Origin: Octopus sinensis
Taxonomy: Eukaryota
Length of the DNA stretch: 64,000 nucleotides
Direction: 5' to 3'
Assembly (NCBI RefSeq): GCF_006345805.1
Contig: NC_043003.1
Span: forward strand, 1,116,001 to 1,180,000
Shown: piece by piece, positions 50,201 to 63,911 of the stretch
Position numbering within the stretch: the first letter of the stretch is position 1
How the letters are laid out: every line of letters starts with the position of its first letter
Notes under the pieces: generated by a model
The model's input: the letters and a program-made list of their open reading frames with translations, nothing else
What the model was told of the DNA's origin: nothing
The model's database searches: none
Made by a program: the position numbers and the translations under genes

Positions 50201-53165
50201 GTTCGAGAGAACTAATGCCTGTTGCTATTCTCGTTATATTTATATTATAAGAGTATTCATAACAACAACAAAAGAATAGACATTATTTCTCTCGCGCTCC
50301 ATAATATTCTCAACTGAATTACTAAGATTAGGAAAGAAGAAAACGCGGAAAAAAAATTGGTTGTATTTCGAATACAGCACATAAAATCTATTTTTCATAT
50401 TTATCATGAATGCTGTAGATTGTGGCCTTCTGCACCAAGGAAATTATTGTAGTGGAACAATTCAAATATCTGGTAAAGACTAATTGGAGACAGTTCTAAT
50501 TAACAACAAAATACGAACAAAAACAAAAAAGAACCTGTAATCTAGAGGTTTGTGTAACAAAGAGTTTTGAGACGTAAAAGGAAATAAATAGAATTATTAA
50601 AAGTATAAAGGCAAAATATTTCGTTTTGCATTTGCTTTGCAAGATCCTTGATGTAAATGCAGGACGGTCATTATGCCAATAATAAACACACGTATTGGTT
50701 GTGTTTCACTTCTTTGTTCTTTATTTATCAATTAACAAATTAACTAATCGATTGTTTGCCAATAATAAACACATGCAGACAGATCTGAAGCAGGTCTGGA
50801 CTAGAGAGAGCCTGTTGTTGAAGAGGTCGCGAAGTGCGGGGAAAGGTCTTTGACAAACCCAGCTGATTGGCTGAATGACCGAGCGATTAATCAAATTAAT
50901 CAAATAATCGATAAGTTAATTGGTTAAATTGTTAAATAATTGAGAAATAAAAATAAAGAAGTGAAATGGAACTGGTGCGTGTTATTATTAATAGCATACC
51001 CTCCCGATATACCAAAAAGAAAAATCCCCCTAAAAACCAAGCTGAAAATGGGACTACAAAATACAATCGCAGAACGAGGATGAGATAAAAGCGCAATACG
51101 GGTAATCCCCGAGAAAAGTAAAACAAAGACTGCGAAGGAACGAAACGGAAGGGTTTCTGAGGGCCGCCTACCACATAAAGCATTTCATCCCAAAACTAAC
51201 AAAATCATAAAATGTAGCAGAATACTATAAGTAACAACAGTCTGTGGCGAGAGTCAAGTTGCTTCGGAGGCTGGTCTTTTGCACTTAACAAATTCCAGCC
51301 ATTTTGTAAAACTGTCATCTACTACTAAGAAGTAATAACCATTTAACGAACCTGCAAATTCCATATGTAGTCTTGGCGATGGACTTTTTACTTCTAGTCA
51401 AGGCTCATCCTCTGCAAGAGCACATCCTCTGTAGCCTTTTACTGTTTTCAACTTCGTTGTCCATCTTCGGCCAATACACATAATTGCGCATAAGCGCTCT
51501 CTTCCTTACAATCCCCGGATGTCCACTATAGAATTCTTTCAATATTTTTTTTGAAGTCTCAGGTAACATTATCCTGACGCACGTTGATTATATGATTACC
51601 TGTTGCTGTTTTTTCTTACTGAACCTATTTATATTTTCTCTCACTGACCGCAGTGAACCTGTCTTTTGGCGCGTGTCGCTTTATCTCCTCCAGAGTTGTT
51701 GGTAACTTTCGTACAATGTTCCACATTATGTATTTCATTTCCTCTTTGGCTCTTAGGACTGCTATTACAGCGTCCTCGAATGGTTCACCGTTTCTGGGTA
51801 TTAACCTGGATAGGCCGTCAGCATGTCCTAGCTTTTTCGAAAGTAAAGATTCTACTGCGTAGACATAGTTTAGTAATATGGTGCCCCATCGCTGCAACCT
51901 CTTTGTTCTATGTACTGAAATTCCTTTCTTGGATCCATAAATCGTTAGCAACGGGCGATGGTCTGTTTGTAGTCTAAACCATCTACCGTTTATAAACCTT
52001 TTTATACCAAATATAATCGCTAATGCCTCTTTCTCAATTTGGCTATAATTTTTTCTCGCTGACATTAGCGTACTTGATGGTGAGCTATGGCCTTTTAGCG
52101 GCCATCTTCACATTTGTGCAGGAGTACGGCACCTACCCCGTGCTCTCTGGCACCTGTTGCCAGTATCGTGTCCAACTTCGGATCGAAGTGTGTAAGCGAC
52201 AAGTCTGAAGTTCTTCAAATGTCTTCTGGCATTTTACTGACCAAAACCATTTGGCATCCTTTTTTAACAGCTCGTTTTGTGGAGCCCTTGTGCTGTGTAT
52301 GTTTGGAATATATACTTGATAGTAGTTTACCAAGCCTAAAAATACTTGTAATAATTTGACGTTCGTTAAGGGAGGCATATTCCATATTGTCGTCGCCCTT
52401 GATAGGTCTGGCCTTCGTCCTCTTCTATCAATTACTTGACCTAAACATTTGATTTTTTCACCAAAAATTCACACTTTTCCTCTGATAATCTAAACCTGTA
52501 TTCATTTATTTTTCCGAACACTTTTTTAATATGTTCGAAGTGTTGCTCCACTGACTCGCTCTTTATCAAAATATCATTACGATAAGCGATAGCGAAGTTG
52601 CAACCATTTAACACTGCGTCCATCCCTTGTTGGAATATGGCAGGTGCCACTTTTACTCCAAAAAGAAAGCCGCTTGAATTTATACAATCTACGATGTGTG
52701 CTGATTGTTAAAAGGTTTGCGGAATCTTCCTCGACCTGTATTTGTAGGTAGGCCTCTAGCTTCAAGGAAATTTTTCCCTGTTTAGTTTTGAGAACACTTC
52801 TGGACTTGGTAAAGGACAGTTGTGTTCGATTAAATAGTCATTTAATCCAGTTGAAAAGTCAGCACACGCTCCTAGTTTCTTTCTTTTTTCTTTATATAAA
52901 CCGGCGGAGCTGCCCAGTATGAATGGTCGACTTTTTCAATTATAGCTAGACTTTCTAGTCTTTCCAGCTCTTTATTGACCTGCTCCAACACTGCAAACGG
53001 CATATTCCGTTTGGGCCTAAAAACGGGTGTCGCCTTTTAGCGCGATAACAGCCTAATCCTTCAAAAAAAACATTTGGAAACATTAAAAAAATTGTTTGTC
53101 TCAGTTGTTCGACTTCATTCTCGCGAAAAACATTTTTTTCAACGTTGTCCGCGTGAATTGTTTAA

Positions 53166-53178
53166 ATCCTCGTCGCCA
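53166..53178 (-). promoter_or_regulatory. Primer binding site TGGCGACGAGGAT
   Basis: Lies 1 nt after the LTR end ..TTATAACA and is complementary to ..ATCCTCGTCGCCA, recalled as the 3' end of metazoan tRNA-Ser(GCU). Confidence 0.7.
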
Positions 53179-53179
53179 C

Positions 53180-53483
53180 TGTTATAATGTGGATCCTCAT
53201 CCACTTGCATGTTGTTATCGCCACTGGAATACTATTGTCGCCAATTGCGCCGATATTTCGCGACTTATTATCTTTGACTCGTCTACCAAGCTATCATTGA
53301 TAGAAAATGACTTGAAACGTCTACCTCGACCGTATCTCGAACTCGTATATATCACGCATCTGACACTGACGCCAAACTGAGAACTCGTACAACTCTACAG
53401 CTGTTTACTTGCTACAACGACTCGCTTGTGGCTGGTTCATACCGCCTTGTCACATGCGAAGAGGAGCACCATTCTTTACTACA
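53180..53483 (-). repeat. Putative 5' LTR (TGTAGTAAAG...TTATAACA, about 304 bp)
   Basis: TG..CA termini adjacent to the PBS. No partner LTR was seen, so the distal boundary is inferred. Confidence 0.55.
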
Positions 53484-53859
53484 AATATAGATATAAAATC
53501 AAAATAAGCAACAAGGATATCCAAGGTAGAGTAGTACAATTGTTTCATGCTACTTCATTTTATTAAACACTGTAAGTATTACATCAGTTTTAAAATGTCG
53601 AGCAATCTTCAGCCACTTATAGAATTTTCCAATTAAACGAACAATGCACATTCTTATCCCTATTTCATTTGCCAACATTATAAAGAGGGTAGATATATAG
53701 ACAGAGAGGGCGATTTCATCATTAAGAACATGATAGTAGTATATTTACTCTCAGTCTGTATATTTTATCATTGAGTTCACTTTGTTATTTATATCTGTCA
53801 GTGGGGAGAGGATTTTATTTTTGGTTGGATGGAGACAATCAAGAATTTATATATATATT

Positions 53860-54290
53860 TAGATAAGTTTCGGGGCCAGAATTGGCGCAGGCCATATCTA
53901 ACTTCATTGCACCACCTGGAAGGTACATGTAATGGTGTGTTTCATACCACAGCAATCTTCTGGGCACCATAACTCATTCAAGTAAAGAGTTTTTTCTTTT
54001 TTCAGAGATATATCCGGGTGTTGATGGTTTATCTAGAATTTGTTGGAGATATTCTTCCAGGGCCCGTTTGAGAATAATGAGATCTGTTTTTTTTTTCTCT
54101 TATGTGTCTCGACATAATATCAAAGAGAGGAGGATCAGTTGAGATGGAGCAGTTTTTTTTTTAGTGGTGCTGATGTGAAGCGCACAGTATTTTTGTAGAC
54201 GATGAGGGGCACGGCGGTCCATGCCTTGGGTGAATTTTAAAGTTGATGCCCAGATCCTTGGGCCAGTGCTGTTGGAACATATATTATTTT
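53860..54290 (-). mobile_element. 3' end of another CR1-group LINE
   Basis: LKRALEEYLQQILDKPSTPGY parallels KIKLDLFLSGVPDEP. The tail reads GGTGGTGC..ATGGCC..GAAAC. Confidence 0.55.
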
Positions 54291-55079
54291 TCTATATCTT
54301 ATCGCATTGTTTACATAGACGAATTCGCACAGGAAACGTCCTAACATTCAACGCTGGCTCTAAATTCTAGAGAAAATCTGTAGAGACACACTTTAAAGAT
54401 GACAACAATGCACTGCTACGAAAAATTGGGAGACGGTATTGTAAACCTTTGACTTCCTTGGTAGTATGTTAGGGTTGCGAAACAATATACGGTGTCCCTA
54501 CCAACAATTGATATACATACATGCATACACGCGCACGCACAACACACACAAAACACACACATATGTATATATACTCTTTTACTTGCTTCAGTCATTTGAC
54601 TGCAGCCATGGTGGAGCACCGCATTCAGTCGAGCAAATCGACCCCAGGACTTATTCTTTGTAAGCCTGGTACTTTTTCTGTCGGTCTCTTTTGACGAACG
54701 GCTAAGTTACGAGGACGTAAACACACCGAGGCTATAGTAGAAGATACTTGCCCAAGATGCTACGCAGTGGGACTGAACCCAGAACCATGAGGTTGGTAAG
54801 CAAGCTACTTACCACACAGCCACTCCTGCGCCTATAATATATATATATGTATAAAGAGAGAGAGAAAGAGAGATAATGATGCAAATAAACAAATATACAA
54901 GGTTGAGCTTGATATATAAAATATGCCGTAGCCACATGCCTAAAAAAGGTAAAAGAATAAAAGAACATATATATATATATATTCATATACTTATAATGAT
55001 ACAGAGAGAGAAGCAAAAACTGAAAACATTCCTAAGATGAACGTATGTATATATAAGCTTATGGATATTTATATATTTA

Positions 55080-55295
55080 CAGAACAGATTTACATGGAGT
55101 ACAAAAAATACAGAAAACCAAGGAGAGGGGCACGGTATTTCAGGTCCGACAGCTGTTTCTAGGGGCTCCGAAATACGTAATAGTTGTGATGTTGGCAGAT
55201 GGAGTGTGCGAAAAGTGAAGAATATGCAACCAGCAATGGATGCATTTAAACGTTACTGCAGAACTGGCCTCCGTCTCCAGAGTGGAGAAATCGGC
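55080..55295 (-). mobile_element. Penelope pLTR-like remnant
   Basis: The minus strand has GAAACAGCTGTC flanked by the complementary GTATTTC/GAAATAC; it is bounded by (TA)n. Confidence 0.45.
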
Positions 55296-55351
55296 ATCTA
55301 TATATATATATAAATATATTTTTATGTATGTGTATAAAAAGTATCTATCTA

Positions 55352-55398
<47 letters not shown>

Positions 55399-55695
55399 GT
55401 ATATATATATTTAACTTACCGAGCAAATACATGGTTAAACCTCCAGTATTTGCACAGATTATAGCGTACAGAAAATAGCATTTGCAGACACTCCACGCAT
55501 ATATTGCATAGAACGCTGTCAATGGAACAGGAATATAAATATGACTACTGACAAATAATAATAATAATAATAATAATAGTAACAATTGCTAAATCTGTTG
55601 CTAGGCCACGGATTTGTGATGAGGACATCGAACCTACTTTACTGGAATATAAATAGTGGTAAGTGTCAATATAATGTGGGCGACAATATATCTAT

Positions 55696-55779
<84 letters not shown>

Positions 55780-56301
55780 GAGATACTATCCAGAAATTAG
55801 GAATGTAGAATTGAAAGCAAAAGCAATTGACCGTGACAATGAATAACGTTAGAATGGTAAAAAGAGAGTCGTACACCATCCTATATAAGGACTTAACTTA
55901 TTCATGAATAATATTAAGATGTCATTAAGGCGGTGAGCTGGCAGAAACGTTAGCACGCCGGGCGAAATGCTTTGCGGTATTTCGTCTGCCGTTACGTTCT
56001 GAGTTCAAATTCCACCGAGGTCACCCTATTATTATTATTATTATTATATTATTAAGGCGTTGGGCAAAAACTTAGCGGTATTTCGTCGGTTGCTATGCTC
56101 TGAGTTCAAATTCCGCCGAGGTCGACCTTGCCTTTCAATCCTTTCGTGGTTGATAAATTATGTACCAGTTGCATACTAGGGTCGTTTTAATCGACTGCCC
56201 CACTCCCCAAAAATTTCGGGCCGTATGCCCAGAGTAGAAAGGATTATTACAATGTCATATTAAGAGATTGTTCTTCTACCTTGAGTATTTTCGATGTAGT
56301 T

Positions 56302-56570
56302 CAGTGATACCTCGCAGTACGAGCTTAATTCGTTCCATGACCGAACTCGTTTTACGATTTACTCGTTTTACAAATCAATTTTCCCCCATTGAAATATAAT
56401 TAATCCTTTCCCCCATTGAAATATAATTAATCCTTTCCAGCCCCCACCAAAACCACTCAATAACGACTTTTTAGGGGTTTTAAAACAGAAACGGTGTAGT
56501 TACAAGTAAAATGACAATCATAAAAAGGGAATGCCGAATAAATATGGAAACTGGTTTTATTAACAGAATC
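56302..56570 (+). mobile_element. pogo/Tigger-like left-end fragment with internal 28 bp tandem duplication
   Basis: Starts CAGTGATACCTCG, and TTTCCCCCATTGAAATATAATTAATCCT occurs twice. No right TIR was found. Confidence 0.4.
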
Positions 56571-58359
56571 ACTTTAAACATGCCTCGTGAGTAAAATTTG
56601 GTAGACAGCAACTGTGTGAAAGAGTGCCGTATATATAAGTGTGTGTGTGTGTGTGTGAATGTCTATGTCCATGTTTGTCCCTTCACCGTTTGACAACCGA
56701 TGCTGGTTTGTTTATACCAACGAGACTTTATTTCACGCTGCCCCCGTCCATTCAGCTGGCAATAAGTGAGTATAACCTGTATATCAAACGGCCAGCTTTG
56801 TCACACTGAATCTCCTTGAGAACTATGTGAAGTCTACCCATGTCTGTGGAGTACTCAACCGTTTGCTTGTTAATTTCCGTTGATCAGATCAGTTGGGAGA
56901 CTTTTTTTTTCTTTACATTTAAATATTAATAAAAAACAATAATATCTGACATAGCAGTCAAACCACAAGTTTAACAATTGCTTACATCAAGCTCATTGAT
57001 GTTTAATGCATGAATGTATATATATATATATAGTTGGCTCTTACAACGTATTGTTTTCTACGTCCTCACTACATTTCTATATTGCGGTAGGAAACAGGAA
57101 GTGGCATACAAACCTCCCCCAAAACCATACCCGACCACACTATCTTAAAGAAGACAATTCCTGGTTGGTCTATACCTGTGAAAAATACCAAATGGTTATA
57201 TCTAGAATTCCTAGATACGACCAGATGTTTATGTCTAGATATTCTTAGATATGACCAAATGTTCTAAATTCATAGAACTGCTTTGTCCTGGGACTTAACG
57301 TGAAAAATGAATAAATCTAATATGTCGGGTTCTTTTTTCTTTGTCAGGGTTCAGTTGCACTTGTCTAATCCTCTTATGGAAAATCTTTGACGATACAGAC
57401 GATCGCCAGTTTCTTCTGAACCCGGATTTTACTCCCTTCCACCAGAGCCGATCTTGAACCCCTATGTCTCTCACTCATCATGTCTTCGCTTTCATCATTT
57501 CAACTTGCCCTTTCTCCCTAGAACGTTAACTCCTTGGAATTCTCTTTTCGGCCAAGATTTATCCAGGAGACTTTGATTCACAGATCTTTAAGCCAAATGG
57601 ATCTCGTCAGTATTAGTGGCCCTGGGACACTTTCCTTCTTCAGTAAGCTACAAAAATACAAGAGGCAAGTGATCCAGGATGCTATAATGCTGAGTTTAAA
57701 ATCCTTCCATTCAATATAGTTTGGAGTCGGAGTCTGTTTGGTTCACTTTTCCTCAGCACATGGAAAGCGAGCCAAGTACGAACCTTCTAAACAGTCATTT
57801 GATTTATTAGAAATAGCAGCCAAATTTCCTTTCAACCACGCCCAAACAACTTTTACCTGTTGCACTCATTGGAGTGTGGCCACGATAGGGTTTCGCCTTG
57901 AAGGGTTTTAGTCGAACAGACACACACGACTATCAAACGATGTCAAGGCACACACATACGATAAGCTTCCTTATAGTTTCCGTCTAACAAATCCCCTCAA
58001 AAAGGTTTTCATAGCTCCGGAGCTACTTAGAAAATACTTGTCCACGGTGCCACATAGTGGGACTGAACTGGGAACCATGTGGTTGGGAAGCAAACTTCTT
58101 ACCACGCAGCCACGCCGAATGGTTTGTTAAGTAATTATTCCAATGATTATATTTGCATACGTGTCTGTGTTTGTGTGTGTGAGTGTGTTTGTGTGTGCGT
58201 GCGTGTATGTTTGCGCACGTGCGCATGTGTATATGTGTGTGTGTGTGGGGGGGGGTGAGTAACGTGTACAGCTCTCCTACCAATCGACTGATTCCAGCTG
58301 ACATGGGGGGAGGGGTCACTTCTCACTTCAAGTCTGATCTGTTGATATATGCTGTGTAT

Positions 58360-58666
58360 CTGTTATTTGCATCAGTCATTGGATTGCGGCCATGCTGGGG
58401 CACCGACTTGAAGAATTTCAGTCGAATAAATCAGCTCCACGGCTTAGTTTTCTTTAAAGCCTGGTTCCTATTCTATCAGCCACTTTTGACAGCAACACCG
58501 GTTGTCAAGCGGAGGTGTGGAACAAACGCCAACACAAAATCACACCAGCTACCCCACCCCCATATATATATATATATTATATATATATATTATATATATA
58601 TATATATATATAATATATATAATATATATGTATATATATATATATATATATACTACATATAGATAG

Positions 58667-58709
<43 letters not shown>

Positions 58710-58716
58710 TATATAG

Positions 58717-58753
<37 letters not shown>

Positions 58754-58759
58754 CTACAT

Positions 58760-58798
<39 letters not shown>

Positions 58799-58950
58799 TA
58801 GATATAGGACGGGCTTTTTTCGGTTTCCATCTACCAAATCCACTCACAACACTCGAGGCTATAGCAGAAGACATTTGCCCAAGGTGGTGTGCAGTGGGAC
58901 TGAACCTGGAACCATGTGGTTGGTAAGCAAAGTTCTTATCACTCAGCCTG
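58360..58950 (-). mobile_element. Complete bipartite SINE B (antisense) with expanded internal (TA)/(TAGA) tract
   Basis: Tail 58360-58540, microsatellite to about 58805, head to about 58950. Confidence 0.82.
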
Positions 58951-60765
58951 CTGTGTATGTTTCGATATTATTTGCCTCGTGTTCTTTCTTGTCACTGATC
59001 GATTAGGAAAGATTCAGTTACCAAAATCATATACGCTTTTATTTATTTATTTATTTATTTCATTTCCGTCGTGATTTCCCCAATGACTAGCAGCGACTGA
59101 CTAAGCTTGGTCGGATCGTTGATTGGTTTAAGTGACTGAGGTACACATTTGGATTAATAAATAAATAAATAAATAAATAAATACAAATACACAGAACTTT
59201 ACCCTCCGCAATCAGTCAGAATGTTAAGATAAGAGAAAAAAAAATTTTTTTATCAAAACCTATTCTAATTTCGAATAGAACGTTGTCGTTGCAACAGATA
59301 AATAAAATTGATTGGAGGGTTAGTACAGTTGATAAATGATAAAACGACAAATGGAAGTAGATTTAATTTGGAGTAAAAGAAAATAGGTCTCGATCTATTA
59401 TTAAGACGAACTGCTGCTGATGGTGTCGAATTATCTGAAATGAAACTGAAATGGGAATTTTTTTTCAATCATTTTTTTTTTTTTTAGTTACAAAAGGAAG
59501 TATCACGTCTGTAACCCCATTTAGGGACTCTGATACTCGTAGGACATTTATGGCAAATTGTACTCAGGCCGAAGATCTGGTTCAAATGTTAGCAACAGAT
59601 TAGGCGGAATATGTCAATGCAGATTTTTCTACGGTTGGATACTCTTCCTGTCGCCAACTTTCACCTGTCTCTAAGCAAGGCAATATTCCCCCATGGCGTT
59701 TTTTTTTTCATGGAAGAAAGGAAACAAACAACATCGTTTGTATGAGAGTGATGCTCGTTTACAACCATGACATGATATCAAAACAAAAGTACACACACAC
59801 AAACACACACACACACACACATACACACACTCACACACACATGCACACACACACATACACACAGAGTTTCTGTGTACCAAATCCGCGCACCAGTTTTGGT
59901 CGTCGGTCCGACGTTATAATAGAAGACACTTGCTTAAAGTGCTGCACAGTGGGACTGAACCAGAGACCACACGATTAGGAAGCAGTCTTCTTAAGCTCAC
60001 AGTCACACCTGCACCCATTAATTAATGTTGTCCATATTTAGTTGGCAGCCTTCAAGGCGACGAGCTGGCAGAGTCGTTAGCACGCCGGGAAAAATTCTCA
60101 ACGGCATTTCGTCTGTCTTTACGCCCTGAGTTCAAATTCCGCTGAGATCGAATTTGCCAGTCATCCTTTGGGGGTGGGGGTCAGTAAATTAAGTACCAGC
60201 CCCTTCGGGGCGGGGGTCAATAAAATAAGTACTGGGTCGACTTTCCCCGGCCCCGAACCTGCTGGCGTTGTGCCAAAATTTAAAACCAATAACACACGCA
60301 CTGGTTCAGTTCCACTTCATTATTGTTTGTCAAGTGGTTAAATATTTAATCAACCAACTAATCAATCGTTTATTTAATGAACTGGTTAAACAATCAAACA
60401 GTTGTTTATAAGTCAAAGTTCTTTCGATGCTGTTGGTCACCTTTTCAGTGACCTAGAAATTGTCCCCCTCGTTCATGTTTAACAATGTCCAGCGAAAGAC
60501 ATCGATGAGAGAAATAGCTACATTCAGGGTTTCGAACGATACAGTAAGAAGTCTGCCGAAGCAATCGCGCATTGAGATCAAACATAGAAGCACGTGGTAG
60601 CAAAGGGAACTTTTTTCATCAATGCTAAGTTCAAATTCTTTTATAGATGGAATAGAAAAATCCCTGGAATTAGTTTGACTAATCAATCATTGCTGGGTTC
60701 ACCATAGGGGACAATTAAATAATTGCCTACATCTGTTTCAGGAGAAAAAATATTGGGGTTTTTTT

Positions 60766-60797
<32 letters not shown>

Positions 60798-61078
60798 ACA
60801 CATGCACATACAGACACACATTCTTTCTTACACAGGCCTCCACTCATACACCCGTTCACACACACTCGCTCACAAGCACTAACACACACACACTTATCAC
60901 TCACAACACACGCACACATACACACACACATTCTCTTTCAAACAGACCTTCACTCATACACCCGTTCACACACACACTCACAAACACACACACACATAAA
61001 TATATAAAGATATTATTATTAATAAATAATAGCAATATAAGTGACTTAACAATCATAAAATAACCAATAAGGTAAAAT

Positions 61079-61381
61079 TATTAATTTATAATCAAGGGTA
61101 CATGTGAGTACAGAGCATTGCTAGAAATAAGAGTCAAAATTACACAAAAGCCACAGTTATCACTCGTACACACTGGTAAATTCGAGGAAACGAGTAAATA
61201 TGAAAACCAACTTACCAATAGCCCGTACGTCTGCAAATGTTTTGCGATTTTCAGTCGCTATTGGTAAGTTGGCTTTCATATTTACTCGTTTCCTCGAATT
61301 CACCAGAGTGTACGAGTGATAACTGTGGCTTTTATGTCATTTTGACTCTTATTTCTAGCAACACTTGATTATAAATTAATA
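61079..61381. repeat. Foldback with 105 bp arms (61118-61222/61257-61361, 5 mismatches) plus outer TTAATTTATAATCAAG arms
   Basis: Arms were compared base by base. Confidence 0.93.
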
Positions 61382-61388
61382 TATAAAG

Positions 61389-61423
<35 letters not shown>

Positions 61424-62534
61424 ATATATATTAATATATATATGATATAATATATATAAAGAAAATAAGTAACAAGGATGTCCAGGTGTCATTGCATTAC
61501 GGCCGTTTCAAACGGCTCCATATTATCGATTAATGAAAAAACATTACATCCATTTGAAAGAAACCGCTAATTCAACAGAATCTTGATTATAATATATATA
61601 TATATATATAATATATATATATACATATATATATATACAATGAGTTTCTTTCGGTTTTCATCTAGCAGATCCACTCACAAGGCTTTTGACGACCCGAGAT
61701 TACAATAGAAGACACTTGCCCAAGGTACCACGTAGTGGAACTGAACCCGAGACCATGTGGTTGGGAAGCAAGCTTCTTACCACACACCCACGCATGAGTG
61801 TTGTATTTCATTTAAGTATTTCAATAAATTTAATATTTGTATAATCTAGAGTGTTGACCAAGGCACCGTCCTTGGTTCGGAAAAATTAGTAGTCTGGAAA
61901 GTTTATGGAACCAAAATTTCCGGAAAATCGATATTGTACCTGTATTTATTTTATCAACCCGGAATGAGAGAAGACAAAGTTAGCGGGTTTTTAAAAATTT
62001 GGCTGAAAAAAAAAAGATTCAAACAATCCAAGCGAAATTTGAACTTAAAACTATGAGGTATACGGCTTGAGTTCGAATCCAGCCAAGGTCAACCAATCAA
62101 CCGAGGTAAACCAAGGCACCCAGTCAAGTGTTGAAGTCGATTTAATATTCCTATAAAGCATCCTGTGAATTTTTGATACAAGCCTTAGGAAAGTAGATCT
62201 CAAAGCAGGTTGCTGTCTCCATATTATTAGTTTGTGACTCTGGTGTATCTACTACCCTGTATTTTCTGAGTCACCCGCTAGCTTTTGTTAAAGCATGTCT
62301 GTAGGAGAAGGCACCATTGTGTCCACAGCTATGCCAGCAGTATAAGTAGGTGAGTGACCTGGGTTTAACAGACTTGGGAGAAGGATCTGCGAAGAGTTGA
62401 AGTAAATGAGGTCGGAAGAGAATTCGGAGCCCCATTCGCCCCGAAGAGAACTTGAAGACACGACGAATGGGTGGTGTGAGGCGCCCGATACAACCATGTG
62501 AAGTAAAGGTAATCCTCAGGACATTAACTGTCTC

Positions 62535-62778
62535 GATTCCCAGGACACCTTGGGCCGGTTACCCGGTTTCCATGGCATCGTTGAGATCACAACATTCCCC
62601 TTGAATGGGGTGCGAGTCTGTTGCAGGGTTGTTTCTCATTTACAGCTGAATGGACTGGAGCAACGTGAAATGATGTGTTTTGCTCAAGAACTCAACGCAC
62701 CGACCCGTCCGGGAATCGAAACTATAGTCTTATGTTCATGAGTCCAACACCCTAACCACCAGGCCACGCGCTTTCACA
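62535..62778 (-). mobile_element. tRNA-derived SINE family D copy
   Basis: The minus strand reads TGGCCTGGTGGTTAGGG..GTTTCGATTCC..TTCTTGAGCAAAACAC. Confidence 0.65.
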
Positions 62779-62859
62779 CACACACACACCACACACCATG
62801 AGTATGGGAATAAGCATTCATCGATTCATGCAGTCATTGAAAACTTGCGAGCCGCGGGT

Positions 62860-62971
62860 TTTCTGAACGGAAAATCACCTTGAATGTTTTTTTTTCTAGT
62901 ACCGCGGCCCGCATAATGATGAGCCGTGTCTCATGCGGCCCGCTTCTCGAAAAACACGTTGCCCATTCCTG
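62860..62971. mobile_element. hAT-like MITE end fragment
   Basis: The minus strand begins CAGGAATGGGCAAC and GCGGCCCGC subterminal motifs recur. Confidence 0.4.
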
Positions 62972-63521
62972 TATTCAGGGATAATTAGATTGAGCTTTTA
63001 ACCACAGTTAAAAGTCTCTTTGCAAGAAAGCAGAAAAGAGAACGGTATACGAACTTGCGCCATATTTAGCGGATAAACGGACATATTTTCAACTTGACTC
63101 AGATGTAGCAACGAAACAAAACAAAACAAAAAGTGTAGGTGAACTTAACTTTGAAATGAGTTTAAACACTGGGCAATCAATAAACTACAAACAAACCCTT
63201 TGCCGATGATGACAATAGGATTTCGTGTGGGAATATTTACAACTAGGACTGTTGTTGGAAACAGGACAATGCTGTGCATGTTGATATGGGAATATGTGTT
63301 ATTATTAAAGCTTTTATGAATCTGGCGAGAGGGAGAGTGGGGGGGGGGGGCGGTTGGTTGTAGAAGGAAAGGCAGATCGAATCTAAAGGAAAGACAGCGT
63401 TGACATTTATGCGCACATTTGTGTAGAAATATCAACATTGAAAGTGGAATACACTGAATGTGATTCTCTAGAATGAAATTATATTTGACGAAAATATACA
63501 ATGAATTAATATAGATATCAG

Positions 63522-63568
<47 letters not shown>

Positions 63569-63860
63569 ACTCACTCACTCTCTCACACGCACACAAACAC
63601 GCGCGCGTTCGTGTGTAGGAGGAATTCGTGTGTATCGCCACGGGTATATATATGCACGTTTGTATGTGTGTGTGTATATATATATAAAATTATGTATGTA
63701 TTTGTGTGTATATATGAACATTATTGCTAATACACCAATCTATAGGTGAAGATATATATTGTATGTATATATTAATATGTATATGTATGTATATACGTGT
63801 GTGCTTATGTGTGTATATCTATTTAAACGCACACATTTATGTATGTATGTATAACATATC

Positions 63861-63911
<51 letters not shown>

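Larger units (their letters stand above)
51235..53483 (-). mobile_element. Decayed Ty3/Gypsy LTR retrotransposon (5' LTR, PBS, RT, RNase H, integrase N-half)
   Basis: RT motifs TPVFRPKR, WAAP, CADFSTGLN, YLQI and APAIFQQ. RNase H motifs NYSQIEKEALAIIFG and TDHRPL. Integrase motifs GHPGI, YVYWP and HMEFAG..VVDDSFTKW. Many frameshifts. Confidence 0.9.

Noticed and set aside
57300-57780. Possible decayed coding sequence
   Set aside because: Stops in all frames tried and no assignable family motif.
60453-60686. 77 aa minus-strand ORF in unique sequence
   Set aside because: No motif or splice support, and the length is within chance.
62288-62497. GC-richer island with a 69 aa minus ORF and a GTGAGT donor on the plus strand
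   Set aside because: No recognisable motif and no convincing exon structure in either direction.
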